Positions 54,795-63,472 of a stretch of DNA of 64,000 nucleotides are shown here, piece after piece. Source of the DNA: Acidimicrobiia bacterium (GTDB lineage: Bacteria; Actinomycetota; Acidimicrobiia; Acidimicrobiales; JANYDT01). Every line of letters starts with the position of its first letter. Positions within the stretch are counted from its first letter, which is position 1. The stretch is from assembly GCA_031418775.1 (NCBI GenBank), contig JANOJN010000016.1, forward strand, positions 5,771-69,770. The letters are read 5' to 3'. Position numbers and translations under genes: made by a program. Under the pieces are notes generated by a model. That model made no database searches. It was not told the origin of the DNA and saw only the letters and a list, made by a program, of their open reading frames with translations.

Positions 54795-55439
54795 CTACCA
54801 GGTGTTCCAGTGGGTGAGGGCCGCGGAGTCGAGGCGGGGTGCGGGTTTGAAGTCGGTGCCCAGCGTGTAGGCAAGCGGCGTCAGCCCCCCCTGCGTGACC
54901 TCGTCGAAGGGGATGCCGAGGATCTCGGCGGCCTCGCGCTCGTAGACGAGGTGCAGCGTTGTCCATGCGGTGCCGAGGCCTCGGGCCCGCGCGGCGAGCA
55001 TGAAGCTCCAGAACGCCGGGAGAAGCGAACCCCATTGGCTCGCCTGCGCGAACACCGGCAGCTTCTCCGGCACGCGGCCGGTCATGCACGGGATGACCAT
55101 GTAGGGCACACGGTGGAACTCCTCTCGCAGGAACGTCGCCGAGTCTCTGATCGCCCCGGCGCGTTCGGTGCGCGTATCCCCGATGCCGAAATCGTTGTTG
55201 CTCTGGCCGACGTAGGGGTCGAAGGCCTTCCCATACAGGTCGGCGATGGCCTGCTTCTTGGCAGGGTCGTCGATGATCATGAAGTGCCAGTGCTGGCGGT
55301 TCGATCCGGTCGGCGCCTGGAACGCGAGATCCACGCATTCCTGGACGAGTTCGCGGGGGACAGGTCGGTCGAAGTCCAGCCGCTTGCGGACTGCCCGGGT
55401 CGTGGCGAGGACGTCATCGGCGGAGAGGTTGAGGGTCAT
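54795..55439 (-). CDS. nitroreductase family protein
   Basis: 214 aa. TTRAVRKRLDFDRPVPRELVQECVDLAFQAPTGSNRQHWHFMII is the typical nitroreductase N-terminus. Confidence 0.85.
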   Translation of the reverse strand: MTLNLSADDVLATTRAVRKRLDFDRPVPRELVQECVDLAFQAPTGSNRQHWHFMIIDDPAKKQAIADLYGKAFDPYVGQSNNDFGIGDTRTERAGAIRDSATFLREEFHRVPYMVIPCMTGRVPEKLPVFAQASQWGSLLPAFWSFMLAARARGLGTAWTTLHLVYEREAAEILGIPFDEVTQGGLTPLAYTLGTDFKPAPRLDSAALTHWNTW

Positions 55440-55511
55440 GCCATCGGGTCTACCGGCAGCCGCTCAGCTCGACCAAGTCACCCGGCACCCGTCAGGCGGA
55501 CCCGAGAAATG

Positions 55512-55548
55512 AAAAGTCCCGCTCGTGACGGAATCGAGCGGGACTTTT
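55512..55548 (-). terminator. rho-independent-type terminator (bidirectional hairpin) downstream of the NfuA-like remnant
   Basis: AAAAGTCCCGCTCG-TGACGGAAT-CGAGCGGGACTTTT forms 14-bp arms with A- and T-tracts on both sides. It lies about 100 nt downstream of the minus-strand stop at 55651. Confidence 0.6.
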
Positions 55549-55650
55549 CGGTGAACCAACGGTGACGGATTTCCGTTGATTCGAGTTCTCCAACGGCGGC
55601 TCGGACCAAAGAGTCGCGGACATGATGTGTGACTCACGTCACGTCGGTGG

Positions 55651-55994
55651 TCAGGTGTAGAAGGGGCTGTCGCCTGATGCGTGATCGGTCACGTCGACGA
55701 CCGTGGTGATCTCGGGGCAGGCATCCTTGATGGCGACCTCGATGCCCTGACGAAGCGTTGCCTTTGACATCGCGCATCCCTGGCAACCGCCGCCCATGGT
55801 GACGTCTCGGAGAGCGGCTGGAAGTACATCTCGTAGGCCCAACGCGGGCCGTTCGTGGTGCCGACCTCGAGCCAGAGCGCAAGGGAGTCGGCATCGAGTT
55901 CGGCAGCGCGTGCGTCGAATACCGTTGCACGGGCTCCGTCGGTCACCGTGAGCACGATGGTGGACCGGTCGAGGATGTCAGTCATGGCTTCCAT
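55651..55994 (-). pseudogene. NfuA-like Fe-S protein remnant (internal deletion plus frame change)
   Basis: Frame A reads (M)TDILDRSTIVLTVTDGARATVFDARAAELDADSLALWLEVGTTNGPRWAYEMYFQPLSE and then becomes junk. Frame B reads ...RDVTMGGGCQGCAMSKATLRQGIEVAIKDACPEITTVVDVTDHASGDSPFYT, the C-terminal half of an Nfu domain. About 110 codons are present in total, where roughly 190 are expected. Confidence 0.5.
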
Positions 55995-56184
55995 GGTAAG
56001 CGGAGGCGGCGTTCAAGCAGTCCTTGGGAATCACCTCCGCCGTTTTGTCCTATCCCCGGGGGAGAATGAAGGAGTGAGCGCTGCCAACGAGGAACTGCCG
56101 TGGGGGTCTGCCGAGTCCGCGCCGGACCCCCTCTCGCATGCGCTACCGGCTCCGGACTGGACGGTGGCCCCCGGGCCCGCACCG

Positions 56185-57474
56185 ATGTCGACGGTTCGCA
56201 CCGTCTCGCTGACCCGTCTCTATGCCGAGGTCGGACGCGCGCTTGCCGCACCCGGACGCGTGCAGGTCGAAGGCGACGTGCACGACCGTCGGGTCACCCA
56301 ACAGGGTGCGATCTGGTTCACCCTGCGCGATCGCGCGCTCGACCTCCCGGTGCTGATCTCCGGTGGCCGCGCCCGCAAGAGCCGGATCGTCGACGGCGAA
56401 CGGGTATCGGTTGTCGGTCGGGTGACCCTGCAGCAGCGCAAAGTGCAGATCCGTATGGAAGCCGAAGAGGTGCTTCCCGTCGGCGAGGGCGCTGTTGCCG
56501 CGCTCCTCATCCAGGTGCGGTCCAGGCTCGCCGCCGAAGGTCTGATCGACCGTCCTCGCCGACCCATTCCGATGCTCCCGCGTGGGATCGGTGTGGTGTG
56601 CGGAACCGACGCCGCGGTGCGCCGCGACATCGAAGCGGTGGTCGCGGCTCGCTATCCCGGTTTCCCCGTCCGGTTCCTCGAAACCGCGGTGCAGGGCGCG
56701 GGGGCCGCGGAGTCGGTTCGCCGTGCGATCGATGAACTCGTCCTCGCTCCGGACATCGACGTCATCGTGCTCGCCCGCGGCGGCGGGAGCGCGGTCGACC
56801 TTCTCCCGTTCTCCGACGAAGATCTCTGTCGCGCTGTTGCCACATGCCCGAAGCCCGTTGTATCGGCCATCGGCCACGATGGCGATCGACCGGTGTGCGA
56901 TGACATCGCCGACCTTCGTTGCGGCACTCCGTCGATCGCCGCACAGGCTGTCGTCCCGGATCGCGATGCCTTGCATCGCGCATTGGATCGATCCCTCGCC
57001 GACGTGGCCCGAGCGATGCACAACCGCTCGCTCGGTTCGCGCAGTCGGTTGGGTGTGATCCGTTGGGAGAGCGCCCTCGATCGACGTTGTGCCTCGCTCC
57101 ACCAGTCGCTGTCCGGCATTCGATGGAGCGACGCCCTGGCCGCGCGCGTCGCCCGCGAACGGGTCATCCTCGCATCCGTGGCCTGGGACCGGGTGCTTCC
57201 GGCGCGTTGCGATGCCGCCCGCCGCCGCGTGGATCTGATCGACCCGTCGAGCTCGCTTCGCCGTCGGGCGGCGGATGCATCGAACCGGCTTGCTGTGCTG
57301 CAGGCGCGGATGGATGCACTCTCGCCGACCCGCGTCCTCGAACGGGGCTATGCAGTCGTGCGCGATAGCAATGGACGGGTCTTGCGAGACGCCGCACAGA
57401 CATCGTCGGGCTCCGCCCTCGACATCACCCTGGCCGTTGGCCAGCTTCACGTGGAGGTTCGAAATGTCCGATAG
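56185..57474 (+). CDS. xseA: exodeoxyribonuclease VII large subunit
   Basis: From the internal ATG: VSLTRLYAEVGRALAA..VQVEGDV (OB fold), then PRGIGVVCGTDAAVRRDIE...VIVLARGGGSAVDLLPFSDEDLCRAV...PVVSAIGHDGD. An earlier start (GTG 56077) is possible. Confidence 0.9.
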   Translation: MSTVRTVSLTRLYAEVGRALAAPGRVQVEGDVHDRRVTQQGAIWFTLRDRALDLPVLISGGRARKSRIVDGERVSVVGRVTLQQRKVQIRMEAEEVLPVGEGAVAALLIQVRSRLAAEGLIDRPRRPIPMLPRGIGVVCGTDAAVRRDIEAVVAARYPGFPVRFLETAVQGAGAAESVRRAIDELVLAPDIDVIVLARGGGSAVDLLPFSDEDLCRAVATCPKPVVSAIGHDGDRPVCDDIADLRCGTPSIAAQAVVPDRDALHRALDRSLADVARAMHNRSLGSRSRLGVIRWESALDRRCASLHQSLSGIRWSDALAARVARERVILASVAWDRVLPARCDAARRRVDLIDPSSSLRRRAADASNRLAVLQARMDALSPTRVLERGYAVVRDSNGRVLRDAAQTSSGSALDITLAVGQLHVEVRNVR

Positions 57475-57709
57475 GTCCTCGGGAGAGCAAGGCTCACCGT
57501 TATCAACACCCCGACCGATCGCGGCGATGTCGTTCGAGGATCTGGTCGAGGAGCTGACGATGGTCACGGCGCAGATGGACGACGGCACCATCGGGATCGA
57601 ACGAGCAGCGGATCTCTACGAACGCGCCAGTGCGCTGCACGCCGCGGCGTCGGCACGCCTGGTCGGAGTCGAAGCTCGACTCGAGGAGCTCCGCGGCAAG
57701 CGGAGCTGA
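57464..57709 (+). CDS. xseB: exodeoxyribonuclease VII small subunit
   Basis: 81 aa. SFEDLVEELTMVTAQMDDGTIGIERAADLYERASALHAAASARL is XseB-like. GGAGG lies 6 nt upstream, and the gene overlaps the xseA 3' end by 11 nt. Confidence 0.8.
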   Translation: MSDRSSGEQGSPLSTPRPIAAMSFEDLVEELTMVTAQMDDGTIGIERAADLYERASALHAAASARLVGVEARLEELRGKRS

Positions 57710-57731
57710 CGACGGGTAGGAACTGCGCAGC

Positions 57732-59285
57732 GTGACAACGGTTCGGGATCGATCACGTCGGACGCACCGCATCGGGATCGCGGTCGTCTTCGGCGCGTTC
57801 GTTGCACTGCTCACGTTCGGCGACGGAGCTCCGGTCACTGCCACGATCGTCTCCCAGGTCGGTGTTGGCGCTCCGGTGATCACCGGTGTCGGACAGCCCC
57901 CCGACCTGTCCTTTCCGACCACGACGACGTCGGGCGGCGGACCGGTGCCGGTGATGGGAGCGTCGACGACCACGTCCGCCGTCGCTGCCGGTCCGAGCAC
58001 GTCGACCTTCGCTCCCGTGATTCATTCGACCAGTTCGTCGACCACGACGGTCGACGTGTCGACGACTGACGCGACCGCGCAAGCCGGTGCGACGACGACC
58101 GTTCGACCCGGTGGGGTCACGACCACCAGCCGTCCGCCGGCCTCTTCGATCGAAGAACTCCGGTCGCGTGTGAACACCGCGCTCGCCGGCTCGACGTCAT
58201 CGCGTTTCGGCGTCTACGTGGCCGTCGACGGAGGCGGGCCGGTGCTGTTCGAACGCAACGCCGATCGAGGACTGATACCGGCCTCAACGCAGAAGATGTA
58301 CATCGCCGGCGCGGCGCTGTCGGTCATGGGACCCGATGCGAGATATTCAACAGACGTGTTTGCCGATGGGCCGGTGGCGAACGGCACGATGAATGGTGAC
58401 CTCGTGTTCCGGGCCGCCGGCGATCCCACGTTCGGGGCAACACAGCTGGCCGCATTGGCGTCGGCGGTGAAATCGTCGGGGATCACCCGGGTATCCGGAT
58501 CCCTTGTGCTCGACGACACGCGCTACGACCGCCTCACCCGCATCGCCTCGTGGAAGGCCGCGTTCACGCCGGGCGAGTCCGGTTGGTTGTCGGCGTTCTC
58601 CGTCGACGGAAACCATCGCAACGATGCCGCAACGGTCGCCGATCCTGCTCTTGCCAACCTCGAACGATTTCGCGGGGCATTGTCGGCCAAGGGGGTAACC
58701 GTGGCCGGCCTGTCGCGCCGGGGGTCGGTGCCGACGTCCGCGTCACTGCTCGGATCGTCGAAGTCGGCTCCGCTCGCCGAGATCGTGCAGCGATTCGTCA
58801 AGCGGTCCGACAACACCTTCGCGGAGCTGATCACCAAGGAGCTCGGCGCACGGCTTGGCACGGGTTCAACCGCGAGCGGCGTGTCGGCCATAGCCAAGCA
58901 CTTCGGGCAACTCGGCGTCCCGCTTCCCGAAGCACAGTTCGACGGCTCGGGACTCTCCTCCACCAACCGCTCCTCGGCGCGCATACAGGTGGCGTATCTG
59001 CAGCGAGCGCTCGCGTCACCGATCGGCGACGCACTCCGCAATTCATTCTCGGTGTCGTGTGTCGACGGTACGCTCCGCTCTCGCACCTGCGGGACTGCGG
59101 CGGCGGGAAAGGTGCTCGCGAAGAGCGGTGCAATCGACAACGTGGTCTCGCTCACGGGGGTGACGACCACCTCCTCCGGACGCTCCGTGACCTTCTCCTT
59201 CCTCTTGAACGACGTGCGCTCCGCCCGACTCGGCCGAGCGGCAATCGACGCAGCGCTTCTCGAGGTGGTCAGAAGCGCCGTCTGA
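57732..59285 (+). CDS. dacB: D-alanyl-D-alanine carboxypeptidase/endopeptidase (PBP4, peptidase S13)
   Basis: N-terminal TM/signal region and a Thr/Ser-rich linker. PASTQKMYIAGAAL (SxxK) and the C-terminal KSGAIDNVVSLTG (KTG-like) are typical of the PBP4 family. Confidence 0.85.
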   Translation: MTTVRDRSRRTHRIGIAVVFGAFVALLTFGDGAPVTATIVSQVGVGAPVITGVGQPPDLSFPTTTTSGGGPVPVMGASTTTSAVAAGPSTSTFAPVIHSTSSSTTTVDVSTTDATAQAGATTTVRPGGVTTTSRPPASSIEELRSRVNTALAGSTSSRFGVYVAVDGGGPVLFERNADRGLIPASTQKMYIAGAALSVMGPDARYSTDVFADGPVANGTMNGDLVFRAAGDPTFGATQLAALASAVKSSGITRVSGSLVLDDTRYDRLTRIASWKAAFTPGESGWLSAFSVDGNHRNDAATVADPALANLERFRGALSAKGVTVAGLSRRGSVPTSASLLGSSKSAPLAEIVQRFVKRSDNTFAELITKELGARLGTGSTASGVSAIAKHFGQLGVPLPEAQFDGSGLSSTNRSSARIQVAYLQRALASPIGDALRNSFSVSCVDGTLRSRTCGTAAAGKVLAKSGAIDNVVSLTGVTTTSSGRSVTFSFLLNDVRSARLGRAAIDAALLEVVRSAV

Positions 59286-59303
59286 CAGCCTCGATGCCGC
59301 CGA

Positions 59304-59876
59304 TCAACGATTTCGGGCGTGATACTCGCGGTTGGGGATCTGGCCAGTGGCCATCGCCAGTCGATTGGTGAAGTTGTACATGGCGGCGATCTCTGCGCAA
59401 TCCCACACCTCGTCGAGGTCCAGTCCGAGTCCTACGAGGCGGTCGATGTCGGCTTTCGATGTTTCGTTCGGCCGGAGCGTGATCTTCTCGGCATAGTCGC
59501 AGATCGCCTCTCGGCGTTGATCGAGTCCGGCGCGCCTCCAGTCGAGGGTGACGCGGTCGGCCAGCACTGGATCTCCGAGGGCTTCGCGCAATGCCTGGCC
59601 GTGCGCCACGAGGCAATAGAGGCATCCGTTCGCCATCGAGACGACGACGGCGATCATCTCCCGGTCGGCCGCCGACAGGTGCTCGGACGGAACATGCAGC
59701 TGTTTGAAGTGGCTGAACCACGCCCGGAAATGGTCGACCCGGTAAGCGAACGCCTGGAACACGTTGGGTACGAATCCGATCACTGCTTCGGCTTTGGCGA
59801 AGAGTTTGGCAATGTCGTCGGGCAGTTCGTCCCGATCCGGAACCGGGTACCAGGAGATCTCGGGGTCGGTGCGCAC
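59304..59876 (-). CDS. carboxymuconolactone decarboxylase/AhpD-like peroxidase-related protein
   Basis: 190 aa. [29 protein letters not shown] contains the AhpD-type CxxC. Confidence 0.85.
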   Translation of the reverse strand: MRTDPEISWYPVPDRDELPDDIAKLFAKAEAVIGFVPNVFQAFAYRVDHFRAWFSHFKQLHVPSEHLSAADREMIAVVVSMANGCLYCLVAHGQALREALGDPVLADRVTLDWRRAGLDQRREAICDYAEKITLRPNETSKADIDRLVGLGLDLDEVWDCAEIAAMYNFTNRLAMATGQIPNREYHARNR

Positions 59877-59973
59877 GATGGAAACCGTATCGGTTCAGAC
59901 CGCAAAGGATTCTCCTGTCTCGTTCGACGCGGATGGTTCGCCAAGATCACGCAATGCGGCGAGGATTGCTGCC

Positions 59974-61855
59974 ATGACCAACGCCGAGGAAACGAAGACC
60001 CACTTCCGGACATGTCATCTGTGTGAGGCAACGTGCGGCCTCGAGATCACCACCAAGGGCGCCACCGTGGTGCGGATCCGCGGCGATCAGAACGATGTGT
60101 TCTCTCGTGGCTTCATCTGTCCGAAAGGTTCGACGATCAAGGACCTCGACGGGGACCCCGACCGTGTCCGCCACCCGATGATTCGCCACGGCGAGACGTG
60201 GCGCAAGGTCTCGTGGGAGGAAGCGTTCGCGGAGATCGACCGACGCTTCCGGGGTGTCAAGGCCCGACACCTCGATCCGCGCTCCTCGGCGATCTACTTC
60301 GGTAACCCGACCGCGCACAACATCTCCTCGAGCCTCTACCTGCGCTCAGTGATGAACGCGTTGAAGACCACGAACGTGTTCTCCGCCTCAACCGTCGATC
60401 AGATGCCGAAGCAGATCTCCGCCGCGCTGATGTTCGGCGCGATGGCAACGATTCCCGTGCCCGACCTCGACCGAACCGACTAGCTCGTCATCCTCGGGGC
60501 AAACCCGTGGGAATCGAACGGATCGGTGTGCACTGCGCCGGACTTTCCCGGTCGCGTCGAGGCGATCCGGGCCCGCGGTGGCAAGGTCGTCGTAGGCGGG
60601 GCCGAGCGACGGTACCCCTCGCCCGGGAAAGAACTTCGACCTCGGCCGCTGGCGGAGCCGGGTGCGGGGCGCAGCCGAGGCAGGATCGGAGCTTCCCGTG
60701 GCGGTGCTTGCCGAAGAGATCGAGACACCGGGTGACGGGCAGATCCGCGCGCTCTTCAGCGTGGCCGGAAATCCCGTTCTCTCGACCCCCGACGGCCGTC
60801 GGCTCGAGGCGGCCTTGGCGACTCTCGAGTTGTTCGTAGCAGTGGACATGTATCTCAACGAGACCACGCGCCACGCGCATGTGCTGCTTCCTCCGCCGCG
60901 CTCGCTCACCCGTCCCCACTACGACCATCTGCTCTACCAGTTCGCTGTCCGATCGGTGGCCAACTGGTCCGACCCGGTGTTCGAGCTCGATGTCGACGAA
61001 CGACATGAATGGGACACGCTCCTGCGGCTTGGCGCAGTGCTCGCAGGGAGCGGAACCGACGTCGACGTCGACGAGCTTGACGAAGCGGCCGCAAGGGGGA
61101 GACTCGAGAGCGCAGTTCGCTCACGTCGAAGCCCGGTCTTCGGACGCGACATCGAGGAGTTGCTCGCGCTCTGCGGCGACGAACGCGGCCCGGCACGCTT
61201 GATCGATATCACGCTTCGCCTGGGCAGGTTCGGAGATGGGTTCGGAGCGCGGCCAGAGGGGCTCACGCTCGCACTGCTCCGCGCACACCCCCACGGAATG
61301 GACTTCGGGCCACTCATCCCCCGTCTGGACCACGCGTTGACGACGCCGAGCGGCCGAGTCGAGCTTGCTCCGCCGGCGTTGGTCGACGATCTCGTGCGGT
61401 TCCGTTCATCGGCGATGCCGACGGTGACCATCGCTACAAGCGAACGGTCATCGTCCGCACTGCAGTTGATCGGGCGGAGAGATCTCCGGTCGAACAACTC
61501 GTGGATGCACAACGTGAAGGTGTTGGTGAAGGGAAAGCCGCGGTGCACGCTCCAGATGCATCCCGACGACGCGGCCGTTCGGAACATCCATGATGGCGAG
61601 ACGGTGCGCGTCGCGTCGTCCGTCGGCGCAATCGATGTGCACGTTGCGGTGACGGACATCGTTCGTCGAGGCGTTGTGTCACTTCCACACGGTTGGGGCC
61701 ATCACCGAGATGGCGCGCAACTGGCTGTCGCCGGCGCGAACGCTGGTGCCAGTTTCAACGATCTTGTCGACACATCGTTGATCGATCCGCATAGCGGGAA
61801 CGCCGCGCTCAACTCGACGATGGTGGTCGTCGCATCGCGCGTAATCAGCGAATAA
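59974..61855 (+). pseudogene. molybdopterin (bis-MGD) oxidoreductase family gene disrupted by an in-frame TAG (60481) and an internal deletion/frame change (~60595-60630)
   Basis: The N-terminus TCHLCEATCG...FICPKG is a 4Fe-4S motif. ...DLDRTD*LVILGANP has the stop where the family has an aromatic residue. GGKVVV is not followed by the usual xDPRRT. The reading frame then switches to ...FDLGRWRSRVRGAAEAGSELPVAVLAEEIETPG...AGNPVLS... and runs to the C-terminal molybdopterin dinucleotide-binding-type end (IHDGETVRVASSVGAIDVHV). Confidence 0.75.
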
Positions 61856-62061
61856 GTAAGCATACGTATCAAGAGATTGATAAGCGTGCTTGGCAAATAG
61901 CACGCCGAGGCTGTGAAAGCCAGTACCTCAGATCCCAGTGCTGGCAAGGGCTGTGAGCGGTGAACGACTCACAACCCCGGTTTTTCAAGGTGAATGCTTG
62001 ACTTGTGCGCGCAAATCTTCTTCTCTTTCTCCCTTGTAAGTCGTCGTGCCAGGAGGCAGTC

Positions 62062-62382
62062 GTGAACAAGACAGAGCTCATTGAGGCAGTTGCGGAAGCA
62101 GCGGGCCTTACCAAGACCGATAGTGACAAGGCGGTGAACGCGTTGCTTGACACAGTTCAAGCAGCGGTGCAATCCGGCGACAAAGTCACGATTCCGGGAT
62201 TCGGTTCGTTCTCGGTATCGGACCGCAAGGCCCGTACCGGTCGCAACCCGCAAACCGGTGCAACCATCAAGATCGCTGCGTCGAAGAGTCCGAAGTTTAC
62301 GGCCGGCTCCGGATTCAAGGCTGCGGTTAACGCCAAAGGCAAAGCGAAGGCCGCCAAGGCTCCTGCAAAGAAGGGGAAGTAA
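62062..62382 (+). CDS. hup: HU family nucleoid-associated DNA-binding protein
   Basis: GTG 62062 is preceded by AGGAGG. VNKTELIEAVAEAAGLTKTDSDKAVNALLDTVQAAVQSGDKVTIPGFGSFSVSDRKARTGRNPQTGATIKIAASKSPKFTAGSGFK, followed by a short Lys/Ala tail. Confidence 0.9.
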   Translation: MNKTELIEAVAEAAGLTKTDSDKAVNALLDTVQAAVQSGDKVTIPGFGSFSVSDRKARTGRNPQTGATIKIAASKSPKFTAGSGFKAAVNAKGKAKAAKAPAKKGK

Positions 62383-62386
62383 CCAC

Positions 62387-62605
62387 ATGGCAACGAAGAA
62401 AGCAGCAGCTCCCGCGAAGAAGGCTCCGGCCAAGAAAGCGGCAGCGAAGAAGGCAGCTCCGGCCAAGAAGGCCGCTCCGGCTAAGAAGGCAGCAGAGAAG
62501 AAGTCCGCTCCGGCCAAGAAGGCAGCAGTGAAGAAGGCCGCTCCGGCCAAGAAGGCAGCAGCCAAGAAGGCCGCTCCGGCCAAGAAGGCAGCAGCCAAGA
62601 AGTAG
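62387..62605 (+). CDS. stand-alone (P)AKKA-repeat, histone-H1-like basic protein (72 aa)
   Basis: The ATG lies 4 nt after the HU stop, with GGGGA 9 nt upstream. MATKKAAAPAKKAPAKKAAAKKAAPAKKAAPAKKAAEKKSAPAKK... equals the C-terminal tail of HupB/Hlp-type proteins but is in a different frame from the HU core. Confidence 0.6.
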   Translation: MATKKAAAPAKKAPAKKAAAKKAAPAKKAAPAKKAAEKKSAPAKKAAVKKAAPAKKAAAKKAAPAKKAAAKK

Positions 62606-62677
62606 CTCGCAGCATTCGGCAGGGCGAGGCACTCGTTGTGTCTCGCTCCAGCCGACCTCGCTGGTCGAGCAATCGAT

Positions 62678-63472
62678 CTACAGCGAAGTCAACAACGCAA
62701 ACGCCTCGCCGGTCTCGTGACTGGCGAGGCGTCCTGCGTTACGGGCCTCTTCGAAGACCGTGACTCGGAACGAAGTGACGGCGTCGTTGTCGCCCGACAC
62801 GCTCGGCTCCGACGCGATGCGCATCGTCGTCTCGTACTGGCTCTCGTGTTGCAGCAGCGCTGTCACCTTTGCCTCGATCGCAGTCTCGTCGCAGGTCTCG
62901 ACATGGTTCACCTCGTCGGCCTCCCAGAGGAGCAGCGCCGAGGGACGATGCGGTGCAAGGTGCTGCTCCGGGAAGAACTTGGGATCACGTGCTGCGACGA
63001 TGCCTTCGCACGCCAGAAGGCCGGCATGGCGATGGTCGGGGTGAATGCGGTAGCGACGCCAGGGGTCATGTCCGAGGACCACATCGGGCGTGAACGTGCG
63101 GATCCAGTGGCACACCTCCCACCGTTGCCGAAGTCCGGAGTCGAGTTCGCCGTCGATCCAGCCGAGGAACACCACGTGCGCATCGCTCGTGCTGCCCAGA
63201 GCGCGTGCCGCGGCTCGCTGCTCCCGCTGACGCGTCACAACCAGTTCGGCTGGGTCGACTCGGTGATCCCAGGTGCCTTTCGATCCGTCCGTCAGGACCA
63301 GGTGGAAGATCTCGCACCCCTGGGCTGCCCATTTCGCCAGTGTCGCTCCACAGCCGAATTCGACATCGTCGGGATGAGCGGCGATCGCGAGCGCTCGCTT
63401 CGGAACGGGCAGGTCCACCGAGACCGCGTGCACTCCGGGCGAACGAAGGTGGTACGAATCGGGAATGCTCAT
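62678..63472 (-). CDS. PIG-L/LmbE family deacetylase
   Basis: ALAIAAHPDDVEFGCGATLAKWAAQG...VLTDGSKG...HPDHRHAG are the zinc-binding motifs of the PIG-L family. Confidence 0.85.
   Translation of the reverse strand: MSIPDSYHLRSPGVHAVSVDLPVPKRALAIAAHPDDVEFGCGATLAKWAAQGCEIFHLVLTDGSKGTWDHRVDPAELVVTRQREQRAAARALGSTSDAHVVFLGWIDGELDSGLRQRWEVCHWIRTFTPDVVLGHDPWRRYRIHPDHRHAGLLACEGIVAARDPKFFPEQHLAPHRPSALLLWEADEVNHVETCDETAIEAKVTALLQHESQYETTMRIASEPSVSGDNDAVTSFRVTVFEEARNAGRLASHETGEAFALLTSL

Noticed and set aside
60481-60483. In-frame TAG as possible pyrrolysine or other recoding
   Set aside because: There is no hint of Pyl machinery. The same gene also carries a large internal deletion and frame change, so a nonsense mutation in a decaying gene is the simpler reading.
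61884-61905. 7-bp stem hairpin (GCGTGCT...AGCACGC) after the oxidoreductase pseudogene, and a 9-bp imperfect hairpin at 62624-62646
   Set aside because: The stems are short and there are no U-tracts. This is too weak to call terminators from sequence alone.
62387-62605. Periodic 15-21-bp DNA repeats that could be mistaken for a CRISPR-like or minisatellite array
   Set aside because: The repeats are imperfect, contiguous (no spacers) and exactly in frame as (P)AKKA codons. This is coding low complexity.
61969-62632. Minus-strand ORFs encoding AAFLAGAAFLA... and CCLLGRSGLL... repeats
   Set aside because: They are mirror images of the AKKA-repeat coding DNA on the plus strand. The plus-strand reading has an RBS, an ATG and a known protein type (histone-like tail).
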